DNA of 60,315 nucleotides from a virus: IMG/VR virus record IMGVR_UViG_3300044712_000367, positions 1 to 60,315 of that record; one strand, 5' to 3'. Shown piece by piece: positions 56,268 to 60,315 of this stretch (position 1 is its first letter; each line of letters starts with the position of its first letter). The notes under the pieces were generated by a model. It saw only the letters and a program-made list of their open reading frames with translations, ran no database searches and was not told where the DNA came from. The position numbers and the translations under genes were made by a program.

Positions 56268-56836
56268 CAGTCCTCGAGGACCACGTCATCGATCAGATCG
56301 CGCAGCAGCTCCATATCCTTGGCGTAGTAGATGAAGCTGGCCCGCTCCTGATCTTGGATCGAGTACAGTCGGGCGCAGGCGAAGCGCCCCGCCTGATGCT
56401 CCCGCATCAAAAACTTCGACACCCGATCCTTGTCGCCGCGCACCCCGTCGGTCATCTGCCGCACCGTCCACGCGCGGTTCTGCAGCATCAGCTTGCGGAT
56501 GCGGTTGCGCTCCGTCTCGGTCATTTTGACCGGCTCCGCCACGGCGGCCTCGGGCGGCGCGGGGACAAACTTCTCCTCCAAGGTCACGCGGATTGCGCGC
56601 CACCGGACCGAGTACCGGTCGCGGCCATCCTCGTCCTTGTGGTTGTCGATGCAGTACGCGGTGATGAGATCGCCGCTGTCGATGCCGGTGACATTTACGA
56701 TCTTGGGCGAGATGAATACCTGATCACCGTCCTCGCAGACCGCGAAAGCCGATCCTCCCTTTGTTTTGTTGTTAACCGTACAGACTTTTGCGATGATGTC
56801 ACTGGGACGAAAGAAAATTGCCTTCTGGCTTTCCAT
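56267..56836 (-). CDS. Hypothetical protein (189 aa), last gene of the early block
   Basis: Track ORF. N-terminal beta-rich half; C-terminal half possibly winged-helix. Confidence 0.55.
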   Translation of the reverse strand: MESQKAIFFRPSDIIAKVCTVNNKTKGGSAFAVCEDGDQVFISPKIVNVTGIDSGDLITAYCIDNHKDEDGRDRYSVRWRAIRVTLEEKFVPAPPEAAVAEPVKMTETERNRIRKLMLQNRAWTVRQMTDGVRGDKDRVSKFLMREHQAGRFACARLYSIQDQERASFIYYAKDMELLRDLIDDVVLED

Positions 56837-56848
56837 TTGATTTTTTCA

Positions 56849-57064
56849 TTATTTGCGATATCTTGACCATGCGATTTCTATTTCGGCCTGCTTGCCTCCA
56901 GTCGCCTCCCTCCTGATTTTATTTACCTCATTCGCGTACTGAGATGCCATGTACGTGATCAAATCAAGGTCTTCCGCCCTCACCCAAAGCCTAGGCAGCG
57001 GCAAGAATCCCGCATTTCTTAAGGCTTCGGCGCTTCGACCCTTCAACTCGCTTCCATTGCTCAA
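56849..57064 (-). CDS. Hypothetical protein (71 aa), TTG start
   Basis: Track ORF. Start codon is TTG overlapping the upstream TGA (TTGA). Lower GC. Confidence 0.45.
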   Translation of the reverse strand: MSNGSELKGRSAEALRNAGFLPLPRLWVRAEDLDLITYMASQYANEVNKIRREATGGKQAEIEIAWSRYRK

Positions 57065-57366
57065 TCTGCACCCCCACGGATGGCGGCGGCAAAGGCTAGC
57101 CCCGAATGGCTGTCAGGGAAGCTTTCCGCCACTTTCGCGCACCGTTCCCGCTCCGCCTCCACCGCCTTGGCGAGACGGGCCTCGGCGGCTTCTGCGCGGG
57201 CTTTCTCCGCCAGCATCAGGTTGTGCTTTTCATCGAACAGGCCGTGCCACCGCATCACCTCCCGCTCTAACCCTTCAATCCGGTCTGCCGCATAATGAAA
57301 CATGTGCGGTTCAAATGCCGCATGGTCGCCAAGGTCGCGTAGTTTCTTCACCAGTTCGGCGCTCAT
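57061..57366 (-). CDS. Coiled-coil protein, LAKAVEA paralogue 1 (101 aa)
   Basis: MSAELVKKLRDL...EARLAKAVEAERERC; ATGA coupling. Confidence 0.55.
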   Translation of the reverse strand: MSAELVKKLRDLGDHAAFEPHMFHYAADRIEGLEREVMRWHGLFDEKHNLMLAEKARAEAAEARLAKAVEAERERCAKVAESFPDSHSGLAFAAAIRGGAD

Positions 57367-57842
57367 TCCCCGCCCTCCCATGTATCGCGGCGTGATCCAA
57401 ACGCATCCACGACGCCTCTTAAATTTGCGTCAATCATCTCTATATCCCGTGCAAATTCTTCGTTGCCGTCGATGAAATCCACGCAATTCATCCACACACG
57501 AGCAGCCCGCAGCGCCTCCACCGCCTTGGCTAGACGGGCCTTCAGATCAGCCATTGCCTCCCTGTGGATCGACCACGCGAAGTCGGGCTGACCGTAACGC
57601 GCCATATTTACTTCACGGCCAAGGCGCTCCCGCTCCGCCGCGATCAGCGCCTGCACCTCTGGCAGCGCGGCGAGAACGGCGGGGTCGAGGCGGACGTATT
57701 CGGTTCCGTAAGCGTCACCGAAATCAACCATTTGACCGCTGACAGATTTGCTCAGTTTCACACGATCCGGCGCGGTTCGGTTGTCGTTGCGGGTCGGTCG
57801 GTATGGCTCGGCGGTTGGCGGGCGGAATTCCGGCGCACTCAT
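57363..57842 (-). CDS. Coiled-coil protein, LAKAVEA paralogue 2 (159 aa)
   Basis: ...DLKARLAKAVEALRAARVWM...; ATGA coupling. Confidence 0.55.
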   Translation of the reverse strand: MSAPEFRPPTAEPYRPTRNDNRTAPDRVKLSKSVSGQMVDFGDAYGTEYVRLDPAVLAALPEVQALIAAERERLGREVNMARYGQPDFAWSIHREAMADLKARLAKAVEALRAARVWMNCVDFIDGNEEFARDIEMIDANLRGVVDAFGSRRDTWEGGE

Positions 57843-58423
57843 GCGTCACCCCCTTTCCGCAGGGCGAGGATGGCGCGGGCATCCCGCATCAACTCCGCCT
57901 CTTCGGCAGCGTGGCGCTCTGGATGCCATGCGCCTGACGGAAGCGCGACAAACCGCTCCACGATTGACAGCAAATCGGGCGCATCCGGCGCGGGCTGTGC
58001 GGGGGCGAGGGCCACAGGCGGAAAGCCCGTTCGGTCATAGACGGAACGCCCCGTTTCGCCCGCATCCACCCCCTGCGGTGCGGTCACGGCGGGGAGGGCG
58101 GCGAGGATCGTGTCCATGTTGTTCCGCGCCCAGACGATGAAAGCGGCGTCTTGGTCGGCGCGTTCGTTGGTGTCGTAAGGCGTTAAGTCAAAAAGATCGA
58201 CAGTGTAGCCGTACTCTTTGCCGAATAGGGTGTCGCCTTCATGCACCCACGGCCCCGCCGTCACCCCATCCATCACCTTCCGCCCCTCTGCCACCAGCCC
58301 CGCCACGTCGGGCGCGGTCACGGCGGTCAGGGCGGCGATGGCGGTTGCGATGCCTTCGGGATAGGGAAAACGTGTGCAGATTTCCAGCGCATCCCCGCGC
58401 CTTACCAAATCATCATCGCTCAT
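57839..58423 (-). CDS. Hypothetical protein (194 aa)
   Basis: Start trimmed to MSDDDLVRRGDALEIC (ATGA overlap with the HNH stop). Confidence 0.55.
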   Translation of the reverse strand: MSDDDLVRRGDALEICTRFPYPEGIATAIAALTAVTAPDVAGLVAEGRKVMDGVTAGPWVHEGDTLFGKEYGYTVDLFDLTPYDTNERADQDAAFIVWARNNMDTILAALPAVTAPQGVDAGETGRSVYDRTGFPPVALAPAQPAPDAPDLLSIVERFVALPSGAWHPERHAAEEAELMRDARAILALRKGGDA

Positions 58424-58956
58424 TTTGTCCTCGCAAATTCGTCGTGAAGTTCTACCGCAGCAGTGCAATAAGCGGCGTGAGCTTCTTCTTTGGTGTTGAA
58501 GTAACCAAGGTGCTTTTCGGTGCCGTTTGCCGATATTTGTGCAATCCACTTTGATCTGGCTTTGCTCCAGCACACTCCCTTCAAGCCCGACTTATTGTTG
58601 CTGTATGCCCTTCTGTTGAAGTTGTTTTGTGATGGCGATGCCATCCGAAGATTGGAGGGAATGTTGTTCGCCTTGTTTCCATCAATGTGGTCGGTAATTC
58701 CAGTCGGCCATTGTCCATGCGTTAGCGCCCACACAACATGGTGCGCCTTGGCGTGACGGTTCAGCAGGATTCCGACTTTGTAGCCTTTGCGATCTGTGCG
58801 GGTGAACGTTTCCTTTCCGGCGCAACGCTCATTCCATCCGGCAATCATGTTTTTTCGCTCTTTCCAGAACAGACGCCCGCTTGCTTCATCAAGGTGAAGC
58901 ATGTCACGCAACTCTTGCACTGACGGCTTTCGGATCAGGTCGTTGTCACTCGTCAT
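58420..58956 (-). CDS. HNH homing endonuclease with AP2 domain (second copy of this architecture)
   Basis: KAHHVVWALTHGQWPTGITDHIDGNKANNIPSNLRMASPSQN and KGVCWSKARSKWIAQI..HLGYFNTKEEAHAAYCTAAVELHDEF. AT-richer than the flanks. Confidence 0.85.
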   Translation of the reverse strand: MTSDNDLIRKPSVQELRDMLHLDEASGRLFWKERKNMIAGWNERCAGKETFTRTDRKGYKVGILLNRHAKAHHVVWALTHGQWPTGITDHIDGNKANNIPSNLRMASPSQNNFNRRAYSNNKSGLKGVCWSKARSKWIAQISANGTEKHLGYFNTKEEAHAAYCTAAVELHDEFARTK

Positions 58957-59013
58957 GGGGTTTTTCCTGCGCTGGCCATTCGTGGCGTGGTGGCATGTCA
59001 TATGGCGGGAGGA

Positions 59014-59433
59014 TCATGCCGCAACCCCGCACATCGCCCGCAGTTGGCGCTCCGCCGCAGCATCCGCCGCAGCCCACGCCGCAGCCCACGCCGCAGCCCA
59101 CGCCGCAGCGCGTTCCTCTGGCGTTGCGTCGTCACGGCGCGGCATGGCAATCTGGTCGCGGACCCGCGTATCGTTGGGGCGTTCAGCCTCAAACAGGTGC
59201 TGCACCTGTTCGGCGCACCATGCCTGAAAATGCCGCGACAGACGGTCGAGCGACGGCACCTGCAGGCACCACAGCGCACCGTCCAGACCGTTGCTGTCGA
59301 GAATGGTCAGAATCGACAGCGGTTCGTCATCGGCCTGCGTTTTGCCGAGGTATTTCAGCAGTTTCTTCCAGCCGCCATGGCACGGTCCAGCGGCGCGGAT
59401 TTCGTTCAGGGTCGTGTGGTAGTGATAGGTCAT
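59014..59433 (-). CDS. Hypothetical protein with AAWAAAWAAAWAAA repeat (139 aa)
   Basis: MTYHYHTTLNEIRAAGPCHGGWKKLLKYLGK..LDGALWCLQ; repeat encoded by the 12-bp tandem units. Confidence 0.55.
   Translation of the reverse strand: MTYHYHTTLNEIRAAGPCHGGWKKLLKYLGKTQADDEPLSILTILDSNGLDGALWCLQVPSLDRLSRHFQAWCAEQVQHLFEAERPNDTRVRDQIAMPRRDDATPEERAAAWAAAWAAAWAAADAAAERQLRAMCGVAA
59067..59110. repeat. 12-bp tandem repeat CCGCAGCCCACG, about 3.7 copies (codes the AAWA repeats on the minus strand)
   Basis: Read directly. Confidence 0.9.
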
Positions 59434-59930
59434 CACGCCTCTCCTTCAATCTCGGCAAGGGTGGAGCGGGCAACAGAACCAGCCCAAATCTTTTCGCTAT
59501 ACATGCCAGCGATCTCCCGCAGCGCCTCCACCGCCTTGGCGAGACGGGCCTTGCACTCGTGGTCGGCCCGATCTTTCAGCACCTCATCCCAATCCATGAT
59601 TGCGCCGTAAGCGTCAGCCAGCAGCGCCCCTTGCTTGTCGATGACTTCGTTGGCCTCATCCCGCTCCTGCGTCATGGCGGCAAGCGCGGCCTCGGCGGCT
59701 TCGGCGCGTTCCAGAAGCGCGGCATTGCGGTTGAACGCCTCGGTCCATTTCCGCTCCAAAGCCTCGGCACGGGCGCGTTGATGTTCTGCGTCAATCCTTG
59801 CCAAACCTTCGCGGGCCTTTGCTTCTTCAAGCCGTGCCTTGAAGCTGTCGCGGGCTTCTGCCTGTCCTGCCATCCATGCAGTTGTCAGGTCGCAATCTTC
59901 GCCCATCGGGCATTTGCGGTCGTCACTCAC
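59433..59930 (-). CDS. Coiled-coil protein, LAKAVEA paralogue 3 (165 aa)
   Basis: ...ECKARLAKAVEALREIAGM... Confidence 0.55.
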   Translation of the reverse strand: MSDDRKCPMGEDCDLTTAWMAGQAEARDSFKARLEEAKAREGLARIDAEHQRARAEALERKWTEAFNRNAALLERAEAAEAALAAMTQERDEANEVIDKQGALLADAYGAIMDWDEVLKDRADHECKARLAKAVEALREIAGMYSEKIWAGSVARSTLAEIEGEA

Positions 59931-59997
59931 GGTCGGTTCCTTTCGCTTCGAGGGCGCGGAGGATGGCGGCGGCTAGGGGGATCAAGGGGGCGGTCAT
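59923..59997 (-). CDS. Micro-ORF (24 aa) bridging the pentapeptide gene and 59433..59930
   Basis: MTAPLIPLAAAILRALEAKGTDRE. ATGA overlap with the pentapeptide stop and an 8-nt overlap with the next start. Confidence 0.3.
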   Translation of the reverse strand: MTAPLIPLAAAILRALEAKGTDRE

Positions 59998-60315
59998 CGC
60001 GATTTCTCCGAATACGGGGTCGCGGGGGACGCATCGACCAGCGCCAAGACCACATCGCGGTATTTGCCCCACCATTTCGCCGCGCGGCTGTCCATCGCGG
60101 CAATCCAGCGCGGATCGGATTTGCGCCACAGGTCGAGAGCATGGCGCTGGCAACCGATTTGAAGCGTAGTTACCCCGCTGGCAGATTGCGTCCACGCGAT
60201 GGGCCAAGTGTCGAAATGTGCGGTTTTTACCTCTCTCATGTTGCCCGTGGCACCGCGCAGGTTGGCATCGCGCAGGTTGGCATCGCGCAGGTTGGCACCG
60301 CGCAGGTTGGCACCG
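59994..60315 (-). CDS. Pentapeptide-repeat protein, C-terminal part (60189..60315 duplicates 1..127)
   Basis: ...[69 protein letters not shown]...; stop at 59994..59996. Confidence 0.85.
   Translation of the reverse strand, partial: GANLRGANLRDANLRDANLRGATGNMREVKTAHFDTWPIAWTQSASGVTTLQIGCQRHALDLWRKSDPRWIAAMDSRAAKWWGKYRDVVLALVDASPATPYSEKSR
60189..60315. repeat. Second copy of the 127-bp end overlap
   Basis: Identical to 1..127. Confidence 0.95.

Noticed and set aside
1-60315. A prophage / temperate lifestyle (integrase, CI-type repressor, att sites)
   Set aside because: No integrase, transposase, excisionase or long CI-like repressor was recognisable in any frame. Only small Cro/XRE-like regulators are present, and the contig closes on itself.
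60189-60315. The 127-bp end repeat as a genuine biological direct terminal repeat
   Set aside because: The repeat length equals a common assembler k-mer, and the join falls in the middle of an uninterrupted gene. Without read-start data, an assembly overlap is the simpler explanation.

Overview
The window is a complete genome of a high-GC tailed dsDNA phage. It was linearised inside a pentapeptide-repeat gene. The first 127 bp recur exactly at the end (1..127 = 60189..60315), so the unique circular unit is 60,188 bp. I saw no rRNA, tRNA, CRISPR array, integrase, DNA polymerase or RNA polymerase. Almost all gene junctions overlap by 1 or 4 nt (TGATG or ATGA). The six-frame track is full of long antisense shadow ORFs, which is typical of high-GC DNA. 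I chose frames by third-position GC, start/stop coupling, Shine-Dalgarno (SD) motifs and recognisable protein motifs.

There are four transcription blocks.

1. A leftward early block starts at a divergent promoter region near 6400. It runs through position 1, wraps to 60188 and ends at a hairpin plus T7 terminator at 56243..56267. It encodes a Cro-like HTH protein, a primase-helicase, a DnaJ-type zinc-finger protein and a C5-cytosine methyltransferase that overlaps a CmoA-like gene. It also encodes the pentapeptide-repeat protein, small coiled-coil paralogues and an HNH-AP2 endonuclease.

2. A rightward recombination/replication block spans 6460..13238. It encodes a Sak4-like ATPase, an SSB with a DDEIPF tip, TerB, a YqaJ exonuclease, an SF2 helicase and a VRR-NUC nuclease.

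3. A long leftward late block spans 55047..13228.
- Packaging and nucleotide genes: a SprT-like protease, TerS, TerL, a dCTP-deaminase-family protein and the portal.
- Candidate capsid cargo: two giant polyvalent proteins with ART-like modules and further cargo-like proteins.
- Head genes: a GroES-like protein, scaffold and a Mu gpT-like major capsid protein.
- Tail and lysis genes: adaptors, a beta-helix tailspike, an embedded lysis cassette and large tail proteins.
- Ejection and fibre genes: a 1260-aa internal protein carrying an S74 motif and an SLT domain, then the tail fibres.

4. Two small rightward genes flank a ~350-bp AT-rich island that carries iteron-like repeats.

The candidate I rank highest for new biology is the overlapping pair at 1086..2607. 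It combines a CmoA-family (carboxy-SAM synthase-like) protein with a C5-cytosine methyltransferase whose motif X is non-canonical. Together they could be a natural route to 5-carboxymethylcytosine DNA. Other notable signals:
- A perfect 12-bp palindrome, CATCGTACGATG, is present three times, twice inside promoter-like sequences.
- A capsid-cargo polyvalent protein carries two tandem ART-like modules.
- An S74 autoproteolysis motif lies in the middle of the giant ejection protein.
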